Origin: Takakia lepidozioides
Taxonomy: Eukaryota; Plantae; Bryophyta
NCBI GenBank assembly: GCA_030704615.1
Contig: CM060733.1
Location: forward strand, 31,744,001 to 31,808,000
DNA length: 64,000 nt
Direction: 5' to 3'
Shown here piece by piece: positions 1-13,376 of the stretch; the stretch's first letter is position 1; every line of letters starts with the position of its first letter. The translations under genes and the position numbers were made by a program. The notes under the pieces were generated by a model, which searched no databases, was not told the origin of the DNA, and saw only the letters and a list, made by a program, of their open reading frames with translations.

Positions 1-2859
1 GGAAACGATGCCTTTACAGGTGTACACTCTTGCACTACTTATTTGTGCTGTGGTTGCAATGTGTTGTGTGGCATACTGTTTAAGGGGGTCTTCCTGGTGT
101 GATGGAAAAGTTGCCACACAATATTTCCATTGTAAAATGAGACTGTCTCTGTTGCTGCAGGTACATAAAGTTTGTTCTCCTGGAAGAGAATTGCCTGGAC
201 AAACATCCAGATTTCGTGGACCTGTGGCTTGTCCCTGCTGGCAACCAGACCATGTTCACTACTGGGATCTTGCATGACTGGGGCCCAGACCATCTTTCTT
301 CTTGTGGTTGGTATTTGGATTGCCCTCCTTCTGAGACCCCAGCTCCAGAGGTGTCTTTGAGGAGAGAGAATGACCGTATTGCAGCCACTACCGCAGCAGC
401 CGACCTCGACATTCATGAACGAAATTTGAGGACTCTTGCAGAGAAGGAGCCTCCCGCTCACGATAACCCAGGTAGAGGAAGAAAGGCAAAGGGAAAAGAT
501 GTTGCTGGTGTTGTGGGGAAGGGAAGGGGTAGAGGGAAGGTGGCACAAGGGCAGGGAAGTGTTGCAGATATTGGCCCTGTGGAGCATGTCCAGCAGACTC
601 CACCGCATGGTAGGGGATCCGGGAGAAAAAAACAAGGGGGTGGTTGATCCCAATGACCCGTACCATGCAGTGGAACATCCCACGAGGGTCATTCGCCCAA
701 CCAGGTTGGAGATGGCCAACGTCGGGTTCCTTGCCATGATGGAGTCGAAGAAATCTGATTACAAGGGCGAGCCATCACCAGTGTGGGACAGGATTGTGCA
801 ATTCCTCAGCACAGTGCGTGTTCTCTTTGGGTTCTGTGGCTTCTGTTGTTTTTGTCTGCTGTGGGCATGGATCGTTTGTAAACTTGTGAGAATTCCATTG
901 TATTTTTGTTTGCAGGCTAAAATGACCAAATCCTGGGTGAACGGGAAGGAGAAGCCATATGCAGCCGAACTCATCATCTTGGACATCCCTGATGGGTTGG
1001 CAGTCCCGGATATCCCTCCATCGGGTGCTTGTCCGGGTTGGAATGCTTTTGATGAGCGCTATTGGCGGTGGGTTTTCTCCTTTTGCAACTTCTTCCTGTC
1101 CGATGCAGGTGTTTTGGTGCTCATCCAGTCCATCGACGGTCGGTGTCGCCGTGCACTTTCTAGCTATTTGAAAGCCTCGGGCATGAGAGTCGTGAAGACA
1201 TGGAATTGTATGAACAGCATGTACCTTACGAAGGGGGATCGCCCGGGAGAGATGGTGAGTTTGCCTTCTTCTTCCTCTTCTTGGTTGTTCTCCGATGGGG
1301 TTGTATAGGTCGCTCGAACTCATATGTAGGGGCCCGATTTTTTTTGCTTCTTAGTTCCTTGTGGATGTCATGTTCGCAGACCCGTCTGTTTGAAGCTGTT
1401 TGTCTCGTCCGGGTGCATCCACAAACGACTCCGGCCGGCATTACCGAGTTTGCCATCACTCATGGGGCCAAGTTCATAGATGACAGGACAGATCCCCCCA
1501 CGGATGACATGCATCACAACTACGTCGACAGCAACGTGTGCTTGCGAAGGGGGAATGGGGTTCCTTGGAGAGGGGCGAGGGAGAGGAGTCCGGCTTTCAT
1601 TCAAACGATTGTGGAGTGTTGTACCTACACAGACGCTAGAGTTCTGGATTTGTCGATGGGCACAGGTTCGTCTCTTCAACATTCACATTTCATGAGGTTT
1701 GATTGAGCTTGCACTTTCAGCACTTCCCACCGTTCCGAATGTGTCTTCAATGTCTTCTTCATTCATTCTATTCCACTGCAGGTGCTTCTTACCACGCTTG
1801 CAAGGCCAGTGCGCGACATGTCTTTGGGATTGAAGGGTATGCTGAGATTTACAAGAACCTCCTGATGGGTTTGGGTGGACACACTTCTCAAGTCCTTCCG
1901 AAGCCCCGTCCCGTTGATACTGATACAGAGGAGACTTCTGACAAGGAGCTGGACTGTGAGTAAGTTCAACCTGTGCATGCTTTCATTGTTGTTTCAATAT
2001 CGAGAGTCGTTGTTCTTCAGGCAAAGTGCACATGGGAGACATCCTCTTTGTTGGACTTGTGCATTGCATCATTGTGTTAAAAATGGGGTTTTGTGGACAT
2101 GTGCAGGAATCCGCGTGCTTCCACTTGCCCTCCAGGGCTATCACACCTATTTGGACTTGTTTGCAGTCTTCCTCGGTCTTGCGTGCTACCTGTCTATGCG
2201 GAGGCACTCGCAGCAAGCATGTCCGTTCATGGCACTCCGAGTCCACCTTACGACGGCCTTCGTAGAACACGTGGTGTTGGGGCCAGAATCTTTGTAGATG
2301 ACATAGCACAGGAGGTGGACACTGATTGTGATGACTGCGACACTTGATATGAAGTTTTCTTTTGGTTTAATTCTGGGCCAAATTTGAAATGGGATGGTTG
2401 TGTGTCCTTGTTGTCCTGTTTGCAATGTGTGCGTGGAATTCACATTCATGGTTACAAACTATTGTTGGAGATGGGGGTTGCATGGACTGCCTGGATTGTT
2501 CCTTCAATCTATTTGATGTTTTGTGGACCTCACAGACTGGAGTACATTGCGAAAACAAACAAACCACTTTGGTTCGTGTAGAGCATTCTCGCATCATTTG
2601 CTAGTTGGTCCCCAAACTATTCCTGCTAGAAGAATGGTTGGTGAATCCATCACGGTGAAGTCCACCTCATCAAAAACTGTTTAGGCATTCTCAATTCTAC
2701 CCACATCAACCCACGGAAATAGGTGACACCACTCGGAAATAGGTGACATCCGCGGAAATAGGCACTGTTTGCATGCTGACGTGGCGTGAGCCTGTGCTGG
2801 GCTCAAGCTTTCCTGGGCTCACAGGCTCACGCCTCCGGGCTCACGGAATAGCACCCCCC
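1..2859 (+). mobile_element. Right part of MULE-like ParB/MTase transposon, copy A
   Basis: Ends in GCTCACGGAATAGCACCCCCC (2839-2859) after GTGAGC/GCTCAC subterminal repeats. It is followed by ATTCTGGAT, and gypsy sequence then resumes. Confidence 0.8.
160..1963 (+). pseudogene. 3' exons of the ParB-MTase gene: beta-class N6/N4 DNA methyltransferase-like domain
   Basis: GT-AG introns at 814-915, 1255-1379 and 1666-1781. The spliced product has ELIILDIPDG, FLSDAGVLVL, ERSPAFIQTIVECCT and RVLDLSMGT|GASYHACKASARHVFGIE, i.e. motif IV before motifs X-I-II. Apparent frameshift near 630-645. Confidence 0.75.
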
Positions 2860-3207
2860 ATTCTGGATTAGACACCAGAATGAGATGAGAGCTCCTGTGA
2901 ATGAGGGCCCAGTGGTGGCAGCTCACATGGTTAGGCCATGTGTTGTACCAGAAGTAAGTACAATGATAGTAACAAGAAGCAAAGCCAAACTAATACCTCC
3001 AGTAGTTGAGGAAGAGGATGATAATGAAGGTGGCAGTGATATGCTTGAAGATAATGAGGCTTCGAGAGATGAGAAGGAACTGCACAAGGAAGTGGCAGAT
3101 ACCATAAGGGAAATGCAGAAGAGTACTGATATTCATGTGGCAGATTCCTCTGATTCTGATGGAGAAGAAAAAGTGAGTGAGGATGAAAGGAAGAAAGAAG
3201 ATGCAAC

Positions 3208-6200
3208 ATGCAGAGTAATGAAGGGACTTTGGCTGAAGTAATATGCCAGACCAAAGCAGAGATTACCATTGGACAGCTATTGGCTGTGGCACCTTATTGT
3301 AGGCACAGGCTGTATCAAACAATCAATCAAATTGCCCAGGAGACAGGAAACACAGACCTGAACAGCAAGGTGACTAGTTATAATGTGAAGCCGGAAGGGC
3401 GAGAAACAGTCATGGACTTTGATGATTCTATGCCAGTAATCCAATTGAGAATTGGAAGCACAGAACTAATTGATGTACTGATAGATGGAGGCTCAGGAGT
3501 AAATATCATGACAGACCAATTAAGAAAGAAGCTTGGTCTAAGTAACATGAAACCAGCCCCATTTACAGTAACAATGGCAGATCAAAGAAGTGTACAGCCA
3601 TTGGGATTGATAAGAGGAGTTAAGATACAGATACAGAAGATGATCTTTATGATCACAGTAACTGTGTTGAAGATGGATGAAGTCATGGAGGCTTACTCCT
3701 TATTATTGGGACGTCCGTGGCTGAAACAGCCCAGGGTATTCCATGACTGGAATTCTCAGTTACTAACTGTGCATAATGGGATGTACGAGATACAAATTAC
3801 CACTAAGAAATCTAGTAGATTACCTGCTACGAGAAGACCTCGAGGGGTCAGAGAGTATGACTGGAGGGGAGGACTGGATGAGGAGCAGGAAGCTACCCTG
3901 TTCGCTGCACACCCAGAGTGGGAGCAGGTTGCAGAGATGCGGCTGGAAGGCCTAAGTTGTTTAAGATGTATCTGTTGTGGTGTAGTGTCAGCAACACCAA
4001 TTGAAGAGGAAACCAGCAGTTACCCATCACATTTCTATGAAGAAAGAGAAGGAGAAATGGAAATCCTAGAGGAACCAGCCACTGTGAGTTTACAGGATGA
4101 AGTGGTGACTGGTTAGACAATCACAGCTGATGAGCAAGTGAGGGAAGTAAATGTGGGAACTGAAGAGGAACCGAGGATGGTGAAGGTAGGAGCTGATTTG
4201 GAGCCAGAATTCTTTGAAGAAGCTAAGAGTTTGTTCATCAAATACATAGATGTATTTGCTTGGAGCTACGAGGATCTAAAAGGGATACCACCTGAAATTT
4301 GTCAGCATAAGATTGAACTGGAACCAGGGTCAGTACCAATCAAGCAGGCAAGGTACAGAATGAATCCCAACTATGCACAGAAGGTTGGAGAAGAGATCAA
4401 GAAGTTGGCTGAGGCTAAGTTTATATACCCGATAGAGTATACGACTTGGTTGTCACTCATTGTGATAGTTCCTAAGAAGAATGGGAAACTAAGAGTTTGT
4501 GTGAACTACAAGAAGCTGAATGCTTGTACGAAGAAAGATCCTTTCCCTTTACCATTCAGTATTGGACACTGTGGCAGGCCATGAGATGTACTCATTCATG
4601 GATGGCTTCAGTGGTTATAATTAAGTGCAAGTGGCAGAAGAAGACCAAGGAAAGACAGCTTTCATCACAGACTGGGGTGCTTATGCATACAAAGTCATGC
4701 CCTTTGGACTTTGTAATGCACCAGCAACCTTTTAGAGAGTGATAAGTGAATCTTTTCATGAGTATCTGGATGATTTCATGCAGGTGTTCTTGGATGATTT
4801 CAGTGTGTACAGCTCTAAGAATGAGCACTTGCATAAATTGGAGTTATGTCTGGCCAGATGCAGGATGAGAGGTCTGGGCCTGAATCCAGAGAAGTGTACT
4901 TTCTGTGTGAACTCAGGGGTGCTTCTGGGACACATTGTGTGTAAGAGGGGACTTCTTGTGGATCCCAGGAAAACAGAGGCCATTAAAGCCTCTCCACCAC
5001 CAGTGAATGGTAAAAGTCTAAGGAGATTCCTTGGACAAACCAGCTATTACAGAAGATTTGTCAGACGGTATGCACAGATAGCAGCACCATTGAGCAAACT
5101 TCTGAAGAAAGATGCAGTGTTTGCATGGACACCTGAATGTCAACAGGCTTTTGAGGATCTTACATTGTCACTAACAACTACACCTGTGCTGATTAATCCT
5201 CACTGGCAGGAAATATTTCATGTTCATTGTGATGCTTCTGGAGAAGCACTAGGAGCAGTGTTAGCCCAAAATGTTACAGGAAAGATAGATTCACCTGTGT
5301 ATTATGCTAGCCGATTGATGAACAATGCCGAAAGAAATTATAGCACAACGGAAAGAGAAGCATTGGCAATGATCTATGCAGTGAAGAAATTCAGGCATTA
5401 CCTGTTGGGCAAGAAGTTTATGTTCTATGTGGATCACCAGGCTCTGATATACCTGGTAAACAAACCTCTGATAAGCGGAAGAATAGCAAGATGGTTGATA
5501 ATCTTGCACGAGTTTGAGTTCGAGGTTGTTTACAAGCCTGGGAGGCTGCATCTTGTGGCGGATCACTTGTCACGGTTATCAACAGGAGAACCAGCCACGG
5601 GAGTAGATGATCAATTACCAGATGCGAGTCTATTTGCAGTGGAGGTGCAGGGAAGTGCAGATGACTGGTTAGATTGGCAGTGGCCAATCAGATACTACCT
5701 TGCTCATGGTCAGTGCCCACCAAGTTATGGAAAGGAGCAGAGAAAGAGAATTGCTATCAAGGCTCTACCTTACACTATGGTAGGGAGCATAATGTATAAG
5801 CTAGGACCAGATGGAGTGCTGAAGCGATGCTTATACCACCGTGAAGTTAATAAAGTTTTGGAGGAAGTTCATAAAGGACTGGCTGGAGGTCATTTTGGAG
5901 AAGAGACTACCAATAGGAAGATACTACTTGCAGGTTACTGGTGGCCTACTTTGTTCAAAGATGTACACAAGTATTGTCAGAGTTGTGATGAATGTCAGAG
6001 GCTAGGACTTTGCAGAGATCTGGGAAGATGGCTTTGCATCCTATAATGCCTACTGAACCATTTCAGAAATGGGGACTAGATTTTGTTGGACCAATTAACC
6101 CACCAGCCAAGAATACACAGAACAGGTACATAATTACAGCCACTGATTGTACTACGAAGTGGGTGGAAGCTAAAGCTTTGAGGGACAACACAACCAAGTC

Positions 6201-6511
6201 CACAGCAAGGTTCTTGTATGAGAACATACTTACACGATTCGGCTGTCCCTTGGAATTTATCAATGATCAGGGAAGTCACTTCATTAATGATACCATTGAA
6301 TTATTGACTAAAGAGTTCATGATTGTGCATAGGAAGAGTACAACATATTACCCACAGGGTAATGGGCAGGCAGAGGCTACCAACAAAATACTATGTACTA
6401 TCTTGGCTAAGATAGTCAATGCAAACAGAACGGATTGGGATACAAAGCTGCTGACAGCTTTGTGGTCATACAGGACTTCATATAAAGTCACCACTAAGTA
6501 TACACCATTCC
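3208..6511 (+). pseudogene. pol: Gypsy pol (protease, RT, RNase H, integrase) with stops and frameshifts
   Basis: LIDGGSGVN, FLDDF, HCDASG/EREALA, GHFG..CDECQ, WGLDFVG, DQGSHF, PQGNGQAE. Confidence 0.93.
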
Positions 6512-7236
6512 TGTCGCGCACCTCACTTTGGTAAGCTCCCCTTCAAGTCATAGCTACTCGCTTTGATGCGCGCGCCTGACTCCCAACCTGGCCGCCGGGC
6601 CAACTTGGAGCTTCGGCTGCTCACTGGGACATAACGGTCCCCCTTCGCTCTCCCACTAAACCCTCCACCTATTTGGGCCTAGTGAAATTCCCTTTGGTAG
6701 ATGGCAGTCCGGAACAGCTCCCCACTCTTGGTCGCTTTCCGGCTCGCTCGCTTACTCACTAATTTTTGGTCACCAACGGGCTTGCACCGTTCTCGGGGTT
6801 ACTACTCCCTATATATACTTCTGTAGCTGTCCGCGGGGGTTTCATAACCAGCCATGCCATTTTATGACGAACCACCACGAAAACCCTCGACTCCCGGTGA
6901 TAAGTCGCGGTGAGTCTTGGCCCACTCACCACGGCCCCTATGGACCGTGATGAGTCCCAAGACTCCCCACGACTCTCACCACGAGGTCTCCGCCCCCATG
7001 GTGAGTTCTATGCCACCCCCACTAAGTCCCGCTAAGCTACCACCACCCCTTGTGAAGCCACCCCCACCGCAACCCGGTGTGCGGGGCTCCACCTAGTGAG
7101 CGCCTCCGCCTCCTTGAGTGCCTTGGGCACTCAAGGGTGCTTCAGCCCCCCATACCTATCGCTGCCGCTGCCCCCACCACAGGGGCAGCCCCTTATGTGT
7201 CCCGACCCCCTGCCCTCAAGGCAAAGGGCCGCGACA
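6512..7236 (-). repeat. 3' LTR of chromovirus
   Basis: TGTCGCG...CGCGACA; direct repeat of 11956-12681. Confidence 0.96.
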
Positions 7237-8140
7237 CACACCCCTACCAACAGGGAGTCGATGTCCTCATCGACTTGTCCATTTTGTAGAAACGAACATC
7301 CAAGTTGTGGCGTCCCACATCAAGGAGTTTGTTTCCGCACCATGGCGTCCCATGGCAAAGAACCAAACCCCACACTTGACTCTACTCTCCACTAGCTAGT
7401 TCGGCCGACTTCCTCCAAGTCCCGGCCAAGGGTGGAGCCTCTCCAGCTCCTCCCAGTGCACTCTTCTTGGCCTACTTCAAGGCCAAGGAACGATCCTCCT
7501 CGAGGATCGAATCGCCTTATTGCAACAACATTGCTTGCGACCGCTCATGATGCCGCTTTTGGCATCACCTTGAGCAAGGGTTCACCTGGAACCCTCTTTG
7601 ACTAGGAAGATAACCTTGAACCAACCGTGCGCCCCAATCACTACAATTGGGTCCGCCTTGGAATGCTGGCCTGAGGTACGGGAACACGCCGAAGCCGCAC
7701 TACGACTTCGTCCCGAGGCTACACGATTATAGTACGTGAACGGAAGCACGTGGCTTCCGCGTTAGCCCGCACTACAAGGCAACCCCCTCGGTAGCGCAAT
7801 TATAGTACGCGCACGCGCCAGGTGCGCACTAGCACGTGAACTCCCAAAGAAGGCGCAAGTTTCCTTGCCCCTCGGATGGGGTCACCCGATTTCGGCACTA
7901 CGCAAACACACGATTAACCCAATTTACCTCTCCCACTTTTATAAGCTAGCATGCATTCTACACACTAGCCAACCATACCATGCATCACCATTCCAAACAA
8001 AATAGGACGCACAACATTTGGAATCCATTTCATTTATAGCACGTTTTGTACAATACAAGTTTTTGCAATTGGATTCCTAAGCTAGCTAAGCCGGGCTAAG
8101 CATGCATTTCCTCCCCCACGCTCCAAGGTTGATGTCCCCA

Positions 8141-11100
8141 TCAACGCTTCTTCCGCTTTTGAGGTCGCCCTTCGAAAGCTGCGACCGCCTCGGATGCGTT
8201 TCCCATTTCTAAGGCACGCACCCAAGATGCCTCCACATGATGATAGCCCTTCCATTTGACGAGATACTCCGTTTCTCGGTTCTTGAACCTCCTCGACTTA
8301 AGTATTGCCTCCACCTCGTACTCAAGTTCATTTTCATGATCCAACAGCATAGGTGGCGGACGCAACACTTGATGCCGATTCGGACGCGCTTCATCTTTGA
8401 AGTAAGGCTTCAAAAGGGAGACATGGAATACTGGGTGCACCTTGCTATTTGCCGGCAGCTCCAATTCATACACATCCTCATTCATAACCTTCCGAATGCG
8501 AAAGGGTCCCGCATACGGAGGTATGAACTTCGGACTCACTTCCGGAGGTAGTCGGAAATTCTTGATGTTCAACCAGACCTCCGTGCCTGCCTCAAATTTC
8601 ACTTCCCTCCGCTTCCGATTTGCCTGCCTTTCATACCATTTCCTAGCTTTGGCAATGTTGTACTTTGCGAGCTTCAACAAACGCTCGCGTTCTTCCAGTA
8701 CCGCCGCTACTGCCGGTTCCTCAACGTCCTGGGCGGCCCAACTTGTCGGCACCAGAGGTGCTTTTCCATAGACCAATACGAAAGGAGAAACTCCCGTTGC
8801 GGAGTGTTCTGTGTTATTATAACAGAACTCTGCCGCGTCTAAGTGTTCCACCCAGTCTGTTTGGTCTGCTGACACGTAATTCCGCAAGATCTGCTTCACT
8901 ACGGAATTCACTCTTTCTGTTTGGCCGTCGGTCATAGGTCGGAAGGCGGTGCTCATCTTTAGCCTCGTCCCCATCTTCTTCCAAAGTGCCCTCCAAAATT
9001 TACTCGTAAACTTTGGATCGCGGTCCGAGACAATATCCTTCGGGACTCCATGATGCTTTAAGACGTGGGCGAAGTAAAGTCGCCCTGTCTCCCGCGCCGT
9101 TGCCGTCTCCTTGGTGGGGATGAAATGGCCCATTTTACTGAACCTATCCACCACCACCATGATTGCATCGAATCCTTTTGACAGCGGCATAGCAGTCATG
9201 AAATCCATCGAGACGCTTTCCCAAGTCCCCTCTGGAATCGGCAAGGGTTGTAACAGCCCCGCTTGCTTTTTGTACTCACTCCGGTTTTGTTGGCATGTGG
9301 TGCATGTCTTGACATACTCCTCTGCCTCCTCCCTCAGTTTGGGCCAGAAATACTCTTTCTTCAAGAGTGCCGCAGTGCGCTTGGCTCTGCCGTGGCCCGC
9401 AAGCGGGCTATCATGGCATTATCTCAAGAGGCTATCTCTGATCCCTCCCTTCGGCACGTAGAGACGCTTTTGCTTATACCGGAGCAGTCCATTTTGCAAG
9501 TGGAACTGCGATTTAACCCCCATCCTCAAGTCCTGCATCACGGACTTCGCCAGCTCATCCTTCCGGCAAGCCTTCCGGATCTTCCTTTGGAGCGCCGTCT
9601 CGCCCTTGTACACCAACAAGAGCTGCTGCTTTCTACTTAAATCATCGGCCACCACGTTGTCTCGTCCCGGTTTGTACTGGATATCCACGTCGAACACCGC
9701 CAAAGTATCTTGCCACCTAAGTTGTTTTGGGGACAACTTGGGCTGCGTGGCAAAATACTTCACCGTGACATTGTCCATGAACACCTTCACTGGGTTGGAA
9801 CCAACATAGTGGCGCCAAAGCTCAAGACAGTGCACCACCGCCTTCATCTCTTTCTCGTGCATCGGCCATCGTCGCTCCACTTCATTCAATTTCTTACTTT
9901 CGTAAGCCACTGGACGTCCATCTTGCATCAGCACACCACCAATCGCGAAGTCCGACGCATCTGTATGTATCTCGAACGGACGATCGAACTCCGGGATTTT
10001 CAAGACTGGAGCTTCCGCCATCCGCTGCTTCAATTCAGCAAAAGCTTGGCCACAAAAGGTGTTCCATGCCCAGACTTTAGATTTACACAGAAGGTCTGAC
10101 AGCGGCCCCGCGATTTTGGCGAAATTTCTCACATACTTCCGGTAATAGGAGGCGAGTCCTAGGAAGGATCGCACTCCCGGGACCGAAGTCGGAGGCTCCC
10201 AGTCCAAAATTGCCCTCACCTTCCTGTCATCCATTTTGATCCCATCCTGTGTAATCACATGCCCCAGGAACTCCACTTTTGTGACCCCGAATTCGCACTT
10301 TGAAGCTTTGGCATACAGCTTCCCTTCTTGCAATTTCTGGAACACCCTTTTGAGGTGCTCCAGGTGCTCCTCCTTTGTTTTCGAATACACCAAGATGTCG
10401 TCGATGTACACGATCACAAAGTCATCCAACCACTCCTGGAAAAGGCTGTTCATCAGCGTGCTAAAGGTCGCAGGTGCATTAGTGAGCCCAAAAGGCATCA
10501 CCAAGAACTCATATGAACCATACCTTGTCCTGCACGCGGTCTTCTCCTCATCTCCTTCCGCCACCCGAATTTGATGATAGCCGGAGCGCAAGTCGATCCG
10601 GCTGAAATACTTTGCTCCTGCCAACCGGTCGAAAAGGTCGTCGATCCTTGGCAAAGGGTACCGGTTTTTAATAGTCACATTATTCAAAGCCCTGTAATCG
10701 ACACACATCCGCAGCGTCCCATCCTTCTTGTCTGCGAATAGCACCGGGGCTCCGTAAGGTGACTTACTCGGCCGGATGTACCCCTTTGACATTAGATCCT
10801 TGAGCTGAGTCTTCAGCTCGACCAACTCTCTGTGGCTCAACCGGTAGGGTGCCTTGGCAGGTGGTTCCGATCCCGGTATCACCTCAATCTTGTGGTCAAC
10901 TCCTCTTCGCGGTGGCAAGCCGCTTGGTAAATCCTCCGGCATCACATCCTGGTATTTCTTCAAGATCCCCTTGATCCAATCTGGGCTCGGCTCCCCATCG
11001 CCTTCTCCCTTCACTTCTCTAATGTAAAGCAAAAACTGGGGCTCGTGTGCCTCCTCCACGGCCCACTCCCTTGCTGACAGAAGGTTTATTCGCCCTCCCA

Positions 11101-11940
11101 CGGATTTGGGCGTTTCCGACACTCGTAAAACCTCGCCACCATTCCCACATGGCAGCGTGACCACTCTCTTGCGGCCATCTATGACCGCTCCGGATTTGCT
11201 CAAAAAGGTCATCCCCAAAATGAGATCCACTCCATCGATCTCGCAGATGGTGAAGTTCTCACGTCCCTCCCAACTCCCCAGTTGAAGAGGAACATCAAAC
11301 GCCAACCTTGTTGCCAATTGTGGTTCTCATTTGGCAGAACGCACCTCAATAGAGGCCCCCACATCACTTGTCGGGAGTCCCAACTTTCGCGCCGTCGTCA
11401 GCGTCATGAAGGAGTGCGACGCTCCTGTGTCTACCAACAACGACACGTTAGTTCCGGATATTATCCCATCCACGAACAATAAGTGACTCCCTTTACGCAC
11501 TGCGCCAGTTTCTTGATACAACTCACAAGAATATTTGCCTACCTTGCAAGTCCTGGCGACCACCGCTTCCACCAAGCGACTGATGGTATCTTCCGACAGC
11601 TCCGTGGTTGCCCGAGTCATGTTCAATTGTCGGGGTTTCATGCACTTCTTGGCTATGTGCCCGGGCTCTCCGCAATTGAAACACACTCCATCAAAGGTCG
11701 CCTTCTGTCCGCCATAAGCCGCTCCACCCGCTTTTCCTTTCAAAGCACCGGGTGCCGCCTTGACGTGTGAAGGCCCTCCCTTCGATTTCCGCGTGCCATT
11801 GTCGCCGCGTGGCCTATCCCACTTCTTTTCCGGTCGGAAGGAGTCACCTTCTCGTCGGGTCTTCTTGTGGTTCAGCTCCGTACGGCCTTGTCTTTCACCC
11901 CTAGGGACATCTGAGAAACATTCAGCCCTCTCAAGCGAGT
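8141..11940 (-). pseudogene. pol: Chromovirus gag-pol: zinc knuckle, PR, RT, RH, IN, chromodomain
   Basis: CFNCGEPGHIAKKC, LVDTGAS, YIDD, HTDASD, SMDF..SDRD..GQTE, GPF, YEVEAIL..YLVKWKGY..SW. In-frame stops near 11327 and 9419. Confidence 0.95.
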
Positions 11941-11941
11941 A

Positions 11942-11953
11942 GCTCTGATACCA
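11942..11953 (-). promoter_or_regulatory. Primer-binding site, tRNA-iMet
   Basis: TGGTATCAGAGC just inside the 5' LTR. Confidence 0.92.
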
Positions 11954-11955
11954 AG

Positions 11956-12681
11956 TGTCGCGCACCTCACTTCGGTAAGCTCCCCTTCAAGTCATAGCTA
12001 CTCGCTTTGATGCGCGCGCCTGACTCCCAACCTGGCCGCCGGGCCAACTTGGAGCTTCGGCTGCTCACCGGGACATAACGGTCCCCCTTCGCTCTCCCAC
12101 TAAACCCTCCACATATTTGGGCCTAGTGGAATTCCCTTTGGTAGATGGCAGTCCGGAACAGCTCCCCACTCTTTGGTCGCTTTCCGGCTCGCTCGCTTAC
12201 TCACTAGTTTTTGGTCACCAACGGGCTTGCACCGTTCTCGGGGTTACTACTCCCTATATATACTTCTGTAGCTGTCCGCAGGGGTTTCATAACCAGCCAT
12301 GCCATTTTATGGCGAACCACCACGAAAACCCTCGACTCCCGGTGATGAGTCGCGGTGAGTCTTGGCCCACTCACCACGGCCCCTATGGACCGTGATGAGT
12401 CCCAAGACTCCCCACGACTCCCACCACGAGGTCTCCGCCCCCATGGTGAGTCCTATGCCACCCCCACTAAGTCCCGCTAAGCTACCACCACCCCTTGTGG
12501 AGCCACCCCCACCGCAACCCGGTGTGCGGGGCTCCACCTAGTGAGCGCCTCCGCCTCCTTGAGTGCCTTGGGCACTCAAGGGTGCTTCAGCCCCCCATAC
12601 CTATCGCTGCCGCTGCCCCCACCACAAGGGCAGCCCCTTATGTGTCCCGACCCCCTGCCCTCAAAGCAAAGGGCCGCGACA
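11956..12681 (-). repeat. 5' LTR of chromovirus
   Basis: Direct repeat of 6512-7236. Confidence 0.96.
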
Positions 12682-12686
12682 ATTCC

Positions 12687-13096
12687 AATTAGTTTATGGT
12701 ATGGAAGTTTTACTTCCAGTGGAATTCCTGTTACCTACCATGAGAACGGAATGGGGAAAGAGAATGGAATTGCAAGATTCAATTAAGGTCAAGAAACATG
12801 AATTATACCATGTGGAAGAAGTACGTGCTGATGCAGCTGATAACATGACCAGAATTCAGATGAAGAGAAAGGAACAGTTTGATGAAGGCGAGTTAAAGAC
12901 TTTTAAGACGGGAGATTTGGTTCTCTGGTTGCAGAAGGAAGGAAAGATTAAAGCTTCTAAGCTTAAATCACCATGGAAAGGACCTTATGTCATACAGAAG
13001 ATGTATGATAACAACACCGCCATGTTACAAACCATTAACAAAGAGATGCTGGGAAGAGTCAATGCCAATAAGTTGAAGGGACAGTGGTATCCATGA
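12687..13096 (+). pseudogene. Integrase C-terminus of the host gypsy element
   Basis: FQLVYG..WKGPY continues YTPF from 6511. Confidence 0.9.
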
Positions 13097-13224
13097 CAAA
13101 CCATTGCAGCAAGATTTGCATGTTGAAACGCAGAAGCAGTCACGGGCTGCACTAGTGATACCAACGGAGTATGGAGCACTTATCGCTAGGCAGAGCGTAT
13201 ATGACCAGGGCGGGCAGTACAAGC

Positions 13225-13376
13225 GTGACACAACCTATCACAGCCCATCGAGGCACGACACAGCCTATCACAACATACCACAGCGTGTCACAACCTATCA
13301 CAGCTTACCACAGTGCCACACAGCCTATCACAGTGTACCACAGTATGACACAGCCTGTCACAGCTCAACACAGCCT
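13225..13376 (+). repeat. Degenerate ~30-bp tandem repeat (ACAGCCTATC core)
   Basis: Visible periodicity; resembles the repeats in the LTR at 28640-28890. Confidence 0.75.

Larger units (their letters stand above)
6512..12681 (-). mobile_element. Chromovirus (Ty3/gypsy) with two LTRs, nested in an integrase gene
   Basis: LTRs 6512-7236 and 11956-12681 (TG..CA, nearly identical). TSD ATTCC at 6507-6511 and 12682-12686. tRNA-iMet PBS present. Confidence 0.97.

Noticed and set aside
160-1963. Bacterial contamination as the source of the ParB and MTase motifs
   Set aside because: The genes have GT-AG introns at conserved positions and are nested with plant retrotransposons.
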